Below, one piece after another: positions 19,592 to 30,294 of a stretch of 64,000 nt of DNA. Where the stretch lies: sequence record SRR20825019_719. The stretch is one strand, 5' to 3'. The first letter of the stretch is position 1; every line of letters starts with the position of its first letter. The position numbers and the translations under genes are program-made. The notes below the pieces were generated by a model that was given only the letters and a program-made list of their open reading frames with translations, was not told where the DNA came from and did no database searches.

Positions 19592-20851
19592 ATGCAAACC
19601 ATGAACTCAACAGCGATTAATCAGAGCACACGCGTTGGACTGAGCGAAGCGCGATTAAACCTGCCTGGCTGGTTGGTGCTTTTCGCCATTAGCTATAACG
19701 CGTTTCTGGCCGTGATTAATGCCCACGTGATGACGATGGTGTCAACGCATGTCGCGCTCACAGAATCTTTGATTCTCATGGGCGTTATGGGTTATCTCGC
19801 CATCAACCTGAAAAAAATACCCAATATTTATCCTCATTTATTGTTTTTGCTGGGCATGGCAGCTTTGTCCTTGTGGGTCATGCTGACCAGTGACGGCACC
19901 TTCATCAAAATTCTCAGGGATTGTCTGATTATTGTCGCCTTTGTGCTGCTCGGGACCTTTCTCAGCAGCCGGCATATCATCAATCTGTTCAAATTCCTGA
20001 TGTTGGCGGTGCTGACAGTTGCCGTGATTGAGATTTTTTTTACCGACCTCTATGTCACGCTGTTTGAGCCAGCCAAATATTACGAGAGTACGAGAGGCAT
20101 CCAGCCATTCCAATATAGTGATTCGGGCTTATTCCGTAACTCTCTGGGTTACAGTTCCCGTTTTTCCTTTAATTTTTTGTCTTCACACCGGATATCGTCA
20201 ATTTTCCTGGAGCAGGTGTCACTGGCTAACTTTGCCATGGTCACACTGGTGTTCTTGATGGGCTTCGGCAAAATGATGCGTAAACGGGAAGTGCTGTTTT
20301 TCGTGCTTTCCGTGCTGTTTCTGATTTTGACTAATGACACACGCACCGGCGCCCTTTTCGCGCTGGCACTGATTCCAGGCTTTTTTATCTTTCCCATGCT
20401 GCCCAGATGGTTTGCCGTGACTTTTATTCCGGGGCTTTTGCTTATTTCAGCCTTGTTTTTCTATGACCCCAATCTGACCGCCATGACCGATGATTTCGCA
20501 GGTCGGATTGGATTCACATTATATTTATTGGCAGAGGCCGACCTCAGTACGCTGCTGATGGGGAACTTAGCCGGTGTTAATCATGTGGCGGACAGTGGTT
20601 ACGCCTACCTGCTCTATGCGACAACCGTGTTTGGCCTGATTCTCTATTGGCTCTACGCAGCACTGATCATTCGATCGGATAATCCTGCTGACAAGCGTTA
20701 TGTGTTTTCCATGAATGCTTTTATCGCTATCAATCTGATGATAGGGGCCGCGATCTTTACTATCAAGATTTCTGCACCAGTCTGGGTCATGGTGGGGTAT
20801 CTCTATACCCAACTGAAAGTCGATGAAAAAGAGGCGGTCAGTCATGATTGA
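19592..20851 (+). CDS. Wzy-type polymerase (GumE-like)
   Basis: Many TM helices; RISSIFLEQVS and DSGYAY motifs. Confidence 0.68.
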   Translation: MQTMNSTAINQSTRVGLSEARLNLPGWLVLFAISYNAFLAVINAHVMTMVSTHVALTESLILMGVMGYLAINLKKIPNIYPHLLFLLGMAALSLWVMLTSDGTFIKILRDCLIIVAFVLLGTFLSSRHIINLFKFLMLAVLTVAVIEIFFTDLYVTLFEPAKYYESTRGIQPFQYSDSGLFRNSLGYSSRFSFNFLSSHRISSIFLEQVSLANFAMVTLVFLMGFGKMMRKREVLFFVLSVLFLILTNDTRTGALFALALIPGFFIFPMLPRWFAVTFIPGLLLISALFFYDPNLTAMTDDFAGRIGFTLYLLAEADLSTLLMGNLAGVNHVADSGYAYLLYATTVFGLILYWLYAALIIRSDNPADKRYVFSMNAFIAINLMIGAAIFTIKISAPVWVMVGYLYTQLKVDEKEAVSHD

Positions 20852-20857
20852 GATGGA

Positions 20858-21973
20858 ATGCAGAATTCCTCTTTTCAGGCAGGAGGCTGGTCGAGTATGA
20901 CAACCCGGCAACGTCAGCTTGGACCTGATTACGCCAAGATGCTGGGTATAGTCCTGGTTGTATGGGGTCATACAATCAGAGGACTGATTTCAGCAGGCAT
21001 ACTACCGGATGACAGTGCCTTCTGGATTAATCTGGACAGGGCTATCTATCTGTTTCATATGCCCTTGTTTTTTTTCCTGTCCGGCATGTTCATTCAGCAA
21101 ACCCTGGTCAAACTCAGCTTATTTGATTTTCTCAAACGAAATATTCTGATATTTATCCTGCCATTGATTTTCTGGTCTTATACGCAATCAGGCATCCAGT
21201 TTCTTGCGTCCTCCAATGTCAATGTCGAGCGGTCACTGGAATATGTCTTATTGGCTCCCTTTCCACCAAAACAACAGTTCTGGTTTTTGTGGAGCCTATT
21301 TTTGATCAGCTGTTTTTCTGCATTTGCTTTGAAAACAAGGCGGGGCAAAAGCTTTCTCACGGTTTTTGGCTTAATCACTGTGGTCGTTATGAGTGTGGGA
21401 GAACAGATAGGTATCAGTCTGATTAACTACAAGATGGCTGGAATGACCTGGGGGGAAGCTTTCTTTTTCTTTCCCTATTTCGTGATGGGACTTGTACTCT
21501 CAACGCCGGCATTGATTAAAACGAGGTCGGGTTTTTTCCATACTTTGTTACTTTTCCTGTCCGCTGTTGCGGCTTACCTCTGGGTCTATCAGGAGTCCAA
21601 CGCGGTTTATTATCTGTTTTCGTTTTTCTGTGTGTATGCCAGCTACCAATGTATTGCTTTCATCGGGGAGTCAATAGAGCAGCGGCTGACCGAGAGTGAC
21701 TCAAACCAGAGACAGCTCTCATCATTGCATCGTTTCTTCATTTTTGTGGGCATGAACAGTTTTATTATCTATCTGGCTCATATCATTCCGGAGGCAGGCA
21801 TCAGGGTTGTGCTGCTGAAACTGGGGCTGTCGGATCCTTTACTGCATATTGCAGCCGGTAACCTTGCCGGCCTGTTTCTGCCGCTTCTTCTTGTGCCGGT
21901 GAATGTGTTTTTGATGCGTTACTGGTGCTCAGCAAAATACTTTATTCCAGTCAGGAGACTCAACTATGAATAA
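20858..21973 (+). CDS. Acyltransferase-3 family O-acyltransferase (GumF-like)
   Basis: DYAKMLGIVLVVWGH, FHMPLFFFLSG, WFL. Confidence 0.85.
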   Translation: MQNSSFQAGGWSSMTTRQRQLGPDYAKMLGIVLVVWGHTIRGLISAGILPDDSAFWINLDRAIYLFHMPLFFFLSGMFIQQTLVKLSLFDFLKRNILIFILPLIFWSYTQSGIQFLASSNVNVERSLEYVLLAPFPPKQQFWFLWSLFLISCFSAFALKTRRGKSFLTVFGLITVVVMSVGEQIGISLINYKMAGMTWGEAFFFFPYFVMGLVLSTPALIKTRSGFFHTLLLFLSAVAAYLWVYQESNAVYYLFSFFCVYASYQCIAFIGESIEQRLTESDSNQRQLSSLHRFFIFVGMNSFIIYLAHIIPEAGIRVVLLKLGLSDPLLHIAAGNLAGLFLPLLLVPVNVFLMRYWCSAKYFIPVRRLNYE

Positions 21974-23006
21974 ACAGATTCTCCATCGTTTTCTATTGGT
22001 TTTTTCCAGCATTTTTGTAATCAACTACAGCGGCATCGCCAGTGCCGATGACCCTGCAACCCTGAAGGGGATCAACTTTCCAGGACCGGCTATCGCGGGA
22101 CATGTTTACCCGGGAGAAATTAACGAAAACTATCATTTCCCCTCAGCGGCTGATGTCAAAACCTATGCTGAATTCGGCTTTGACATCATTCGTCTGGCGA
22201 TTACCTGGGAGCGGCTGCAGCCAGAGTTGGGTCAGCCATTTGATGCGGAGTATCTTCGCAGAATTAAGGATTTTGTCCGCGAAACAGCAAAAAATGATCT
22301 GCGCGTGGTACTGGATGTGCACAATTATGGGAAATACAAAAGACAGTTAATTGGCACTGACGCAGTGACCACCAAGGATTTTGAAACACTCTGGTACGGG
22401 CTCGCCGAGCACTTCAGGGATGACCAGCACGTCTTGTTTGGTTTGATGAACGAACCCAATAAACAGGATGCCATCACATGGTCAGTGATTGCACAGGAGG
22501 CGGTCACGGCAATCCGTAAAGCAAATGCCACACAAACCATACTGGTGCCGGCCACATTCTATTCAAGCGCGGCGCGCTGGCTTCACAAGGATGGTTATTA
22601 CTCAAACGGCGAAGCTTTGAAAAAGATTGATGATCCGCAAAACAATATGGTGTTTGAGGCACATCAATATCTCGATAAATATTCCACCGGCACCAAAGCA
22701 GACTGTGTCAGTGCTGATATCGGCGTGCAGCGACTGACGGCATTCACCGGCTGGCTTAAGGAGAATGGCTACAAAGGTTTTCTGGGTGAGTTTGCCGCCG
22801 GCGATAGTGAAACTTGTCAGCAGGCATTAAACAACATGCTTGATTATATCGAGGCTAACGAAGAGGTCTGGTACGGCTGGACTTACTGGGTGGCTGACCC
22901 TTGGTTCAAGGGCTATATCTTCAACATTTATCCACCCGACCCGCAACAGTTCCCTCAAGTCGGAATTTTGAAGCAATTCATCAATGTAAGTTCATTGAAT
23001 CGCTGA
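21966..23006 (+). CDS. Secreted GH5 endoglucanase
   Basis: Signal peptide; WERLQP, LDVHNY, NEP acid/base, HQY, GEF nucleophile. Confidence 0.88.
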   Translation: MNKQILHRFLLVFSSIFVINYSGIASADDPATLKGINFPGPAIAGHVYPGEINENYHFPSAADVKTYAEFGFDIIRLAITWERLQPELGQPFDAEYLRRIKDFVRETAKNDLRVVLDVHNYGKYKRQLIGTDAVTTKDFETLWYGLAEHFRDDQHVLFGLMNEPNKQDAITWSVIAQEAVTAIRKANATQTILVPATFYSSAARWLHKDGYYSNGEALKKIDDPQNNMVFEAHQYLDKYSTGTKADCVSADIGVQRLTAFTGWLKENGYKGFLGEFAAGDSETCQQALNNMLDYIEANEEVWYGWTYWVADPWFKGYIFNIYPPDPQQFPQVGILKQFINVSSLNR

Positions 23007-23112
23007 GCAGATTTTTGTGGGGTGTTCGGTAGTGCTTGCACCGGTGTTTGACTAGACTTACGCCATCGCTTATCGAGACCAAGAAATGGTGCTTTTCTGG
23101 AGTTAAAGGTCT

Positions 23113-24201
23113 ATGAAAATTTTGCATATTGTTCGTCAATTCGCGCCGAGTATTGGTGGGCTTGAAGACTATGTACTGAACCTGGCCACGGAACAGAAGG
23201 GCATGGGCCACGAGGTGGTTATCTACACCTTGAATAGCAATTTCCAAACCGGAGAAACGCTTCCAGCAACAGCGACTATCAAAGGTCTGTCGGTGAAAAG
23301 GTTCAACTGGCTAGGATCAAAACGTTACCCTGTCAGCCGCCTTCCGCTGAAGTCTCTGAATGAATTCGATATCGTGCATGTGCATGCAGTGGATTTCTTT
23401 ATTGACTATCTTTCGCTGCTCAAACGTTTGAGATTGTTGCAATCAAAGCTGGTTTTAACCACCCACGGCGGCTTTTTCCACACGCCGCAGCAACAGGCCC
23501 TGAAAAAGCTGTTCTTCAAAACAATCACTCGTTTCACATTAAAGCCGGTCGATGTGGTGTTCACCATCAGTGACAATGACAGGCAGCTTTTTGAGCAGGT
23601 CAGAGAGGGATGTCAACTGATTGAGAATGGGGTAGCCTATCAGAAGTTTGGTCAAGCCAAACAGACGACTGACAGTAATGATATGGTCTATCTTGGCCGG
23701 CTCAGTAGCAATAAAAAACTGGACTGGCTGATCGAGACTTTCAGCCGTATCAGTAGTGACACTGACGGTAAGCTCAGAATCATCGGTAATCGCGCTACAG
23801 GCAATGCAGAACAGCTTGAAAATCTGGTTGTGAAGCTTAATGCACAAGACCGTGTGGAGCTGTTATTCAATATTCCTGACGATGAGATATTACGCTACAT
23901 CGAATCCTCGCGCTTTGTGGTCAGTGCGTCGGAGTACGAAGGCTTCGGACTCAGTGTGATTGAATTGATGTCGTATGGTCTGGTGCCGATTCTGTCCAGA
24001 GAACCCGACTCCTTCAAGGCCTTTATCAATCAGTCCGGTGTCGGCAGTCTGTTCAGCTATGAACAGCAAGCGTTTGAAAAAAGTTATCTGACATTGATAA
24101 GAGAATGGTCTGAAGAAGAAAGACACAAGGCAAAAACATTTGCTGAGCGTTTTTCATGGAAGTCAGTAGCGAGGAGCATCATCGATGGCTATGCGAACTG
24201 A
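23113..24201 (+). CDS. GT4 glycosyltransferase (GumH-like mannosyltransferase)
   Basis: VRQFAPSIGGLE, HVHAVDFF, THGGFFHT, YEGFGLSVIE. Confidence 0.82.
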   Translation: MKILHIVRQFAPSIGGLEDYVLNLATEQKGMGHEVVIYTLNSNFQTGETLPATATIKGLSVKRFNWLGSKRYPVSRLPLKSLNEFDIVHVHAVDFFIDYLSLLKRLRLLQSKLVLTTHGGFFHTPQQQALKKLFFKTITRFTLKPVDVVFTISDNDRQLFEQVREGCQLIENGVAYQKFGQAKQTTDSNDMVYLGRLSSNKKLDWLIETFSRISSDTDGKLRIIGNRATGNAEQLENLVVKLNAQDRVELLFNIPDDEILRYIESSRFVVSASEYEGFGLSVIELMSYGLVPILSREPDSFKAFINQSGVGSLFSYEQQAFEKSYLTLIREWSEEERHKAKTFAERFSWKSVARSIIDGYAN

Positions 24202-24931
24202 TTCTTCATCAAGGGTGCAGAAAATGCTGCACAAACTCACTATTTATGACAGTGACCAAGCACTACTGGCTGAGTTGGAACAGCAGTTTCAGGGGACGGC
24301 GGATTTCAAAACTGTCGGTTTTCTTAATCAGCATGGCCTGAATCTGATGCTCCAGGATCCGGCGACATCAGCCTATTTTCAGAGTCTGGATTTTTTATTG
24401 AGAGATGGGATTGGTATCAGCCTGGCACTGAAATTCTTTTCCATGCCGACAGGTGCCAACCTCAACGGTACTGACTTAATCCCGAAAATCGTCACTAGAT
24501 TCAATGGCCCTGAAACGGATTGTTTTGTACTCGGTACCCAATCTCCCTGGCTTGAACAGGGCAGTCGCAATCTGGTTGGTGAGAAGCCAAAAGCGACTCA
24601 GGACGGTTTTCAGGCTGTTGACAGCTATATCGATTTTCTCCGCAGTCACATCATCCCCGGACGGTTTAACCTGATTATTCTGGCTATGGGCATGCCCAAG
24701 CAGGAAATGCTGGCAGCCAGGATAAAAGACAAACTGGACGGGAAAGGCCTGATTGTTTGTGGTGGTGCCATCATTGACTTCCAGGCTGGACGTTTCAAGC
24801 GGGCACCCGAGTGGATGCAAAGATGTTCTTTGGAGTGGTTATACCGGCTTTTGAAAGAGCCCAAACGTTTGTTCAAACGCTATGTCATTGGCATTCCAGT
24901 GTTTTTATTCAGAATCGTTTTCCGGGTTTGA
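24185..24931 (+). CDS. WecB/TagA/CpsF glycosyltransferase (GumM-like)
   Basis: RDGIG, NLNGTDLIP, MGMPKQE, LEWLYRL..EPKRL. Confidence 0.88.
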   Translation: MAMRTDSSSRVQKMLHKLTIYDSDQALLAELEQQFQGTADFKTVGFLNQHGLNLMLQDPATSAYFQSLDFLLRDGIGISLALKFFSMPTGANLNGTDLIPKIVTRFNGPETDCFVLGTQSPWLEQGSRNLVGEKPKATQDGFQAVDSYIDFLRSHIIPGRFNLIILAMGMPKQEMLAARIKDKLDGKGLIVCGGAIIDFQAGRFKRAPEWMQRCSLEWLYRLLKEPKRLFKRYVIGIPVFLFRIVFRV

Positions 24932-25474
24932 GCTTTCAGTGAGAAAAGCCTTTCACTATGAGGCTATCAATAGCGGACTTTATAGCGGCCTTGTCTGTCC
25001 CTCAGCCCGTTGCATATCAGTCAGTCTTCATTATCTGGCTGCAAATTTATCCCATCATCAGTACGCCGGTTCTTTTTATTAAGAAATGAGAAGTTAGGCA
25101 ATATCTGTCGATGATTAGCATGATAAAAATAACCTTGAATCGCGAACTCTGAATAGAGACCGCAAACAGGGTAAGCACTCTCTATTGCCTGCCTGTGTGA
25201 CAACGATGTCTGCTCAGGAGAGGTTGAGAGACAGCATACAGTGGCACCGCTCACTGCAATAAAAATGGCAAGCAGCATTTAATCACCCGGTTCAATACCC
25301 CATTCCAAGCATAATCAATTTAAAAATTATGCGGTTTTTTGCTGTGTTCTAAAGTTTTCAAATTTTCGTACTGATACCCTTGCATTTGATTTCTTACAAG
25401 TGGATTTGCCCACCAGTTATGGGCTTGAAATCATCCACTCATTTCCTCTGTATTTATAACAGGAACAGTGATTT

Positions 25475-26641
25475 ATGAAGATAGCGATAGCAGGTACAGG
25501 TTATGTCGGACTGTCGAATGCCGTTTTATTAGCACAGCATAATGAAGTGGTGGCGCTGGATGTCATAGCCGAAAAAGTGAAACTGATTAATGCAAAAAAG
25601 TCACCGATTTCAGATGCGGATATAGAGGATTATCTTGCCAATAAGGATCTCAACTTAAAGGCCACGCTGGATAAGCAGGAGGCTTATCGGGATGTCGACT
25701 ATGTCGTGATCGCGACCCCGACCGATTACGACCCTGAAACCAATTACTTTGATACCCGTTCGGTGGAGGCCGTAATTAGTGATGTCATGGCGATCAACGC
25801 TGCAGCGGTGATGATAATCAAATCCACCGTGCCGGTGGGTTACACGCAAAGCATCAAACAGAAGTTTGGTACTGACAATATTATATTTTCACCGGAGTTT
25901 TTGCGTGAAGGCAAGGCGCTGCATGACAACCTGTATCCGTCACGCATCATTTTAGGGGAGTCCTCTGCCAGAGCAACCATCTTTGCTGATCTGCTCATGC
26001 AGGGAGCGCTAAAAAAAGATATTCCTGTTCTGTTCACAGAGTCTACTGAAGCAGAAGCCGTGAAGTTATTCTCAAATACCTACCTGGCGATGCGAGTGGC
26101 TTATTTTAACGAACTGGATAGTTATGCAGAAATCAATGGCATTGACAGTAAGCAGATTATTAGAGGCGTTTGTTTAGATCCGCGTATTGGGGATCACTAC
26201 AACAATCCTTCTTTTGGCTATGGCGGTTATTGCCTGCCTAAAGACACCAAGCAGTTATTGGCCAACTATCAGGATGTACCCAATAATCTTATTCATGCCA
26301 TTGTCGAAGCGAACACGACCCGTAAGGATCACGTCGCCAACTGCATCCTCAAGCTGCAACCACGCGTAGTCGGTATCTATCGCTTAATCATGAAATCAGG
26401 CTCGGATAACTTCCGGTCTTCATCGGTGCAAGGAATTATGAAACGGCTCAAGGCCAAAGGTCTTGAAATCATTATCTACGAACCTGTGCTTGAAGAAGAC
26501 ACTTTTTTCAATTCGAGAGTGATTCGTGACTTTGATGAGTTTAAGTCCCTGAGCAGCGTCATTATCGCAAACCGCATGGTCGAGGAAATCAGAGACGTTG
26601 CTGACAAAGTTTATACGCGCGACTTGTTCGGGAATGACTAA
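25475..26641 (+). CDS. ugd: UDP-glucose 6-dehydrogenase
   Basis: [23 protein letters not shown]. Confidence 0.93.
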   Translation: MKIAIAGTGYVGLSNAVLLAQHNEVVALDVIAEKVKLINAKKSPISDADIEDYLANKDLNLKATLDKQEAYRDVDYVVIATPTDYDPETNYFDTRSVEAVISDVMAINAAAVMIIKSTVPVGYTQSIKQKFGTDNIIFSPEFLREGKALHDNLYPSRIILGESSARATIFADLLMQGALKKDIPVLFTESTEAEAVKLFSNTYLAMRVAYFNELDSYAEINGIDSKQIIRGVCLDPRIGDHYNNPSFGYGGYCLPKDTKQLLANYQDVPNNLIHAIVEANTTRKDHVANCILKLQPRVVGIYRLIMKSGSDNFRSSSVQGIMKRLKAKGLEIIIYEPVLEEDTFFNSRVIRDFDEFKSLSSVIIANRMVEEIRDVADKVYTRDLFGND

Positions 26642-26689
26642 TTCCAGCTTCATAAAAAACGGTTAGATGCTGAATTAACAGGAGTAACT

Positions 26690-28090
26690 ATGATTCCAAT
26701 AGTCATGTCAGGCGGGAACGGGACCCGGTTGTGGCCACTTTCCCGAAAACACAAGCCCAAACAGTTTCTGGCATTATTTGGTGATACAACGATGTTTCAG
26801 CAAACGCTGATGCGTTTGAATGGTGTCAGTGATATAGAGGCACCTACAGTCGTCTGTAGTAACGAGCACAGATTTATGGTGGCAGAGCAGTTGAACGAAA
26901 TCGGTGTTTCATCAGCAACCATAATCCTGGAGCCGATGGGGCGGGATACTGCCCCAGCGCTGACGATTGCCGCTCTACAAGCCATTAAGGAGGGGGAGGA
27001 TCCTATCCTGCTGGTACTGGCGGCCGATCATATCATCAGTGATATCGAGGCTTTCCATCATGCTATAGGGAGAGCCAAAGCGCAGGCAGATGAAGGTCAC
27101 CTGGTGACGTTCGGTATTGTCCCTACCGATCCCAACACTGGTTACGGGTATATCGAAGCTAGAGAAAAAGAGGTAGTCAGCCACGTTGAAGCATTTGTTG
27201 AAAAGCCCGATATCGAGACGGCAGAAGCGTATCTGGCTTCCGGTAATTATTACTGGAACAGCGGTATGTTCATGTTCAAAGCGTCTACGCTGTTAGCCGA
27301 GCTTGAAAAGTATTCGCCGGATATCCTGGCTGCATGTCGGGAAGCTTTGAGTCAGGCGACACCAGATCTGGACTTTATCCGACTGGATCAGGAAAGCTTT
27401 GAAGCATGCAATGCGATTTCTATCGATTACGCGGTGATGGAAAAGACCGATAACGCTATCGTCGTGCCTCTGGATGCTGGCTGGAATGATGTCGGCTCCT
27501 GGTCCTCTTTGTGGGAGTGTGAACAACAGGGCGAGAATAATAATGTGACCCGCGGAGACGTCATTCTGGATGAAGTTAATAATTCCTATGTTCACAGTGA
27601 GTGCCGACTGGTTTCCGTACTGGGGCTGGAAAATGTGGTCGTGGTGGAAACAGCCGATGCGGTCATGGTGGCCAGTAAAAACAAAGCGCAGGATGTAAAA
27701 AATATTGTTCAAAGCCTGAATGAGGCCGGACGCACAGAAGCTGAAAATCATCGGCTGTGTTATCGCCCGTGGGGATATTATGACTCTATAGATAATGGAG
27801 ACCGTTTTCAGGTAAAACGGATCAGTGTGAAACCGGGGGCTTCATTGTCACTGCAGATGCATCATCACCGTGCTGAGCACTGGATTGTAGTTAGCGGCAC
27901 GGCCCAGGTGATTTGCGATGAAGAAGTCACCTTACTGACTGAAAATGAATCGACCTATATTCCTCTGGGTAAAAAACACCGTTTGCACAACCCGGGGCAG
28001 ATTCCTCTGGAGATCATTGAAGTACAATCAGGCAGCTACCTCGGTGAAGATGACATTATCCGCTTTGATGATAACTATCACCGCAATTGA
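26690..28090 (+). CDS. manC: Mannose-1-phosphate guanylyltransferase/mannose-6-phosphate isomerase
   Basis: GGNGTRLWPLSR..PKQF, WNSGMF, cupin HHHRAEHW. Confidence 0.93.
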   Translation: MIPIVMSGGNGTRLWPLSRKHKPKQFLALFGDTTMFQQTLMRLNGVSDIEAPTVVCSNEHRFMVAEQLNEIGVSSATIILEPMGRDTAPALTIAALQAIKEGEDPILLVLAADHIISDIEAFHHAIGRAKAQADEGHLVTFGIVPTDPNTGYGYIEAREKEVVSHVEAFVEKPDIETAEAYLASGNYYWNSGMFMFKASTLLAELEKYSPDILAACREALSQATPDLDFIRLDQESFEACNAISIDYAVMEKTDNAIVVPLDAGWNDVGSWSSLWECEQQGENNNVTRGDVILDEVNNSYVHSECRLVSVLGLENVVVVETADAVMVASKNKAQDVKNIVQSLNEAGRTEAENHRLCYRPWGYYDSIDNGDRFQVKRISVKPGASLSLQMHHHRAEHWIVVSGTAQVICDEEVTLLTENESTYIPLGKKHRLHNPGQIPLEIIEVQSGSYLGEDDIIRFDDNYHRN

Positions 28091-29589
28091 ATAAGCAGGG
28101 CATGAATATCAAAATCGAAACATTAATGAATGACAGTGGTGTCCACTTCGGAACCAGCGGCGTGCGTGGCCTGGTGAGTGACATGACAGATCAAGTCTGT
28201 TTTACCTACGTGACGGGCTTTTTACAGTACATGGCGCAACAGGCACTGATCACACCGGGGGGAGAAGTCGGTATTGCGGGTGATTTGCGTAAGAGTACGC
28301 CCCGAATTATCCATGCTGCTGTGACTGCCTGCCGTCAGATGGGGGTTGAGCCGGTTTATTACGGCCTGATTCCTTCCCCGGCCATTGCCTTGTATGGACT
28401 CCACCAGTCAATGCCGACCATCATGGTGACTGGCAGTCATATCCCGGATGATCGTAACGGGATTAAATTCAATACACCCGAGGGAGAAATACTGAAACAG
28501 GATGAGGCGGAAATCAGGCAACAACTTGTGGAGGTTGATGCTGCGCTGTTTGATGCTTCGGGTTATTTTTTAGCGTCGGCAGAGTTGCCGGCAACTGATC
28601 CGGCGGCTTATCAAAATTATCTAGAGCGCTATACGGCTTTTTTTCCCGAACAGTGTCTTAAAGGCAAGCATATTGGCCTGTATGAGCATTCTTCCGTTGC
28701 CAGAGAAGTATTCAAAACTATTTTGCAAAACCTGGGAGCGGAAGTGACCTCTCTGGGCCGCTCAGAGGCTTTCATCTCGGTTGATACCGAAGCTATCCGG
28801 CAAGAAGATATTGAATTAGCCCGTCGCTGGGCTGAGGCGCAGCGTTTTGATTGTATCGTCTCTGCCGATGGTGACGGTGACAGGCCCTTAATCAGTGATG
28901 AGCATGGTCAGTGGCTGAGAGGGGATGTTGTCGGCATTCTATGTGCGGCCTATCTGAAGGCAGACACGGTAGTCACACCGGTGAGCTGCAATAGTGCTGT
29001 TGAGAAAAGCCAGCTCTTCAAGCAAGTAATCAGGACCCGAATCGGCTCTCCCTTTGTGATTACAGCAATGCAGAAAGCGCAGCAGAATGCATTATCTGCT
29101 GACGTGGTGGGTTATGAAGCCAATGGTGGATTTCTCCAGCAGACAAAAATTACACATGATGGCAAGACGTTGTCACCCCTGCCCACCAGAGATGCGATGA
29201 TCGTGGTCTTGTCAGTCATGATGGCCGCTTTCGAGAAAAACCTGACGCTATCTGAGTTAGTGAAGAGCTTGCCGGAACGCTATACCTACAGTGACCGCTT
29301 AAAAAGCTTTCCGACAGCACTCAGTCAGCACAAACTTGCCGAATTCAGCAGCGGTGACTGGCAGCAGGACAAGGATAATATCCAAAAAGCTTTTCCCTTT
29401 ATTGCAAAGCCAGTGTCGGTGGATGTGACGGACGGTGTCAGAATTTCACTGGAAAATGAGGATGTCGTTCATATGAGACCATCAGGTAATGCGCCCGAAC
29501 TGCGTTGTTATACAGAATCCGGTTCCAGCCAGGCAGCGAAAAAACTCAATCAGGACTGTATCCGGCAAATGGCCTCATGGAATCTTTAG
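28087..29589 (+). CDS. manB: Phosphomannomutase
   Basis: FGTSGVRG, TGSH, DGDGDR, RPSGNAPELR. Confidence 0.85.
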   Translation: MNKQGMNIKIETLMNDSGVHFGTSGVRGLVSDMTDQVCFTYVTGFLQYMAQQALITPGGEVGIAGDLRKSTPRIIHAAVTACRQMGVEPVYYGLIPSPAIALYGLHQSMPTIMVTGSHIPDDRNGIKFNTPEGEILKQDEAEIRQQLVEVDAALFDASGYFLASAELPATDPAAYQNYLERYTAFFPEQCLKGKHIGLYEHSSVAREVFKTILQNLGAEVTSLGRSEAFISVDTEAIRQEDIELARRWAEAQRFDCIVSADGDGDRPLISDEHGQWLRGDVVGILCAAYLKADTVVTPVSCNSAVEKSQLFKQVIRTRIGSPFVITAMQKAQQNALSADVVGYEANGGFLQQTKITHDGKTLSPLPTRDAMIVVLSVMMAAFEKNLTLSELVKSLPERYTYSDRLKSFPTALSQHKLAEFSSGDWQQDKDNIQKAFPFIAKPVSVDVTDGVRISLENEDVVHMRPSGNAPELRCYTESGSSQAAKKLNQDCIRQMASWNL

Positions 29590-29620
29590 TAGATGATGAT
29601 TTGCCACCACAGGCTGACAG

Positions 29621-29998
29621 TTAATAGACCACACCGTAACGCTTTTTAGCCTGTTCAGGACTGATGAACTCGGCTTTGACAAGCTCCCAGTGTTGGGGGC
29701 TGTCCATAACAGTATTGCATCCCAGAGCCAGTTTGTGACCGTTTTCGAGTGCGAGCATGGAGCGGCCTCCCTGCCTTATATCAGAGAAATAACGGTCAAG
29801 ATGGATATCAATAATTTTGCTGGGATGTTGGTTGACGACAAAAATCCGTAAGCCGCCACGTTGATTGCAGTCACTATGGCTATCGGCGTCTGCTTCACTG
29901 ACAAATTTAACGAATTGAGCCGCTTCCGGTGACTGGGCCTGAACGACTGAAATTGGAACCAGCATGAATGAGAGCACAAGTAGAATTCTGCTTGGCAT
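29621..29998 (-). CDS. Hypothetical exported protein
   Basis: GGAGG RBS before ATG 29998; signal peptide ending VQA; two Cys. Confidence 0.7.
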   Translation of the reverse strand: MPSRILLVLSFMLVPISVVQAQSPEAAQFVKFVSEADADSHSDCNQRGGLRIFVVNQHPSKIIDIHLDRYFSDIRQGGRSMLALENGHKLALGCNTVMDSPQHWELVKAEFISPEQAKKRYGVVY

Positions 29999-30153
29999 TT
30001 TTCCTCCAGTCGAGTAGATAATTGCTGTCAAAATGACAGGGAGAAATGTAAGCGAGTTTCAGGGCTGCGCGTAAAAGGAAACAATCCCACCCGAGTCCAA
30101 GTTTTATTCCTGAACGCCATAACCCAAGCTCACTGATACATAGCGGGTTTTAG

Positions 30154-30182
30154 TTGCTGTTAACGGCTGGTTTTGTTACTAT
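30154..30182 (+). promoter_or_regulatory. Putative sigma70 promoter of rimP-nusA-infB
   Basis: TTGCTG-17 bp-TACTAT with extended TGn. Confidence 0.55.
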
Positions 30183-30294
30183 TCTGTGCTTTCTGGGAAG
30201 TCAGCGACACAGCTATCGGGTATTACTCGTTGCGCTGACTCGAGACAGAGCGGGACTGGCAACGCCCGCATAACACAATGTTTGTATATTCCGG

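Noticed and set aside
25021-25278. 85-aa reverse ORF in the spacer before ugd
   Set aside because: No clear RBS or motif; cannot be supported as a gene
30118-30128. CATAACCC-AAG resembling the tRNA-fMet anticodon arm, as a possible att remnant
   Set aside because: Only 8 exact bases, expected by chance in 64 kb, and no tRNA 3' half follows
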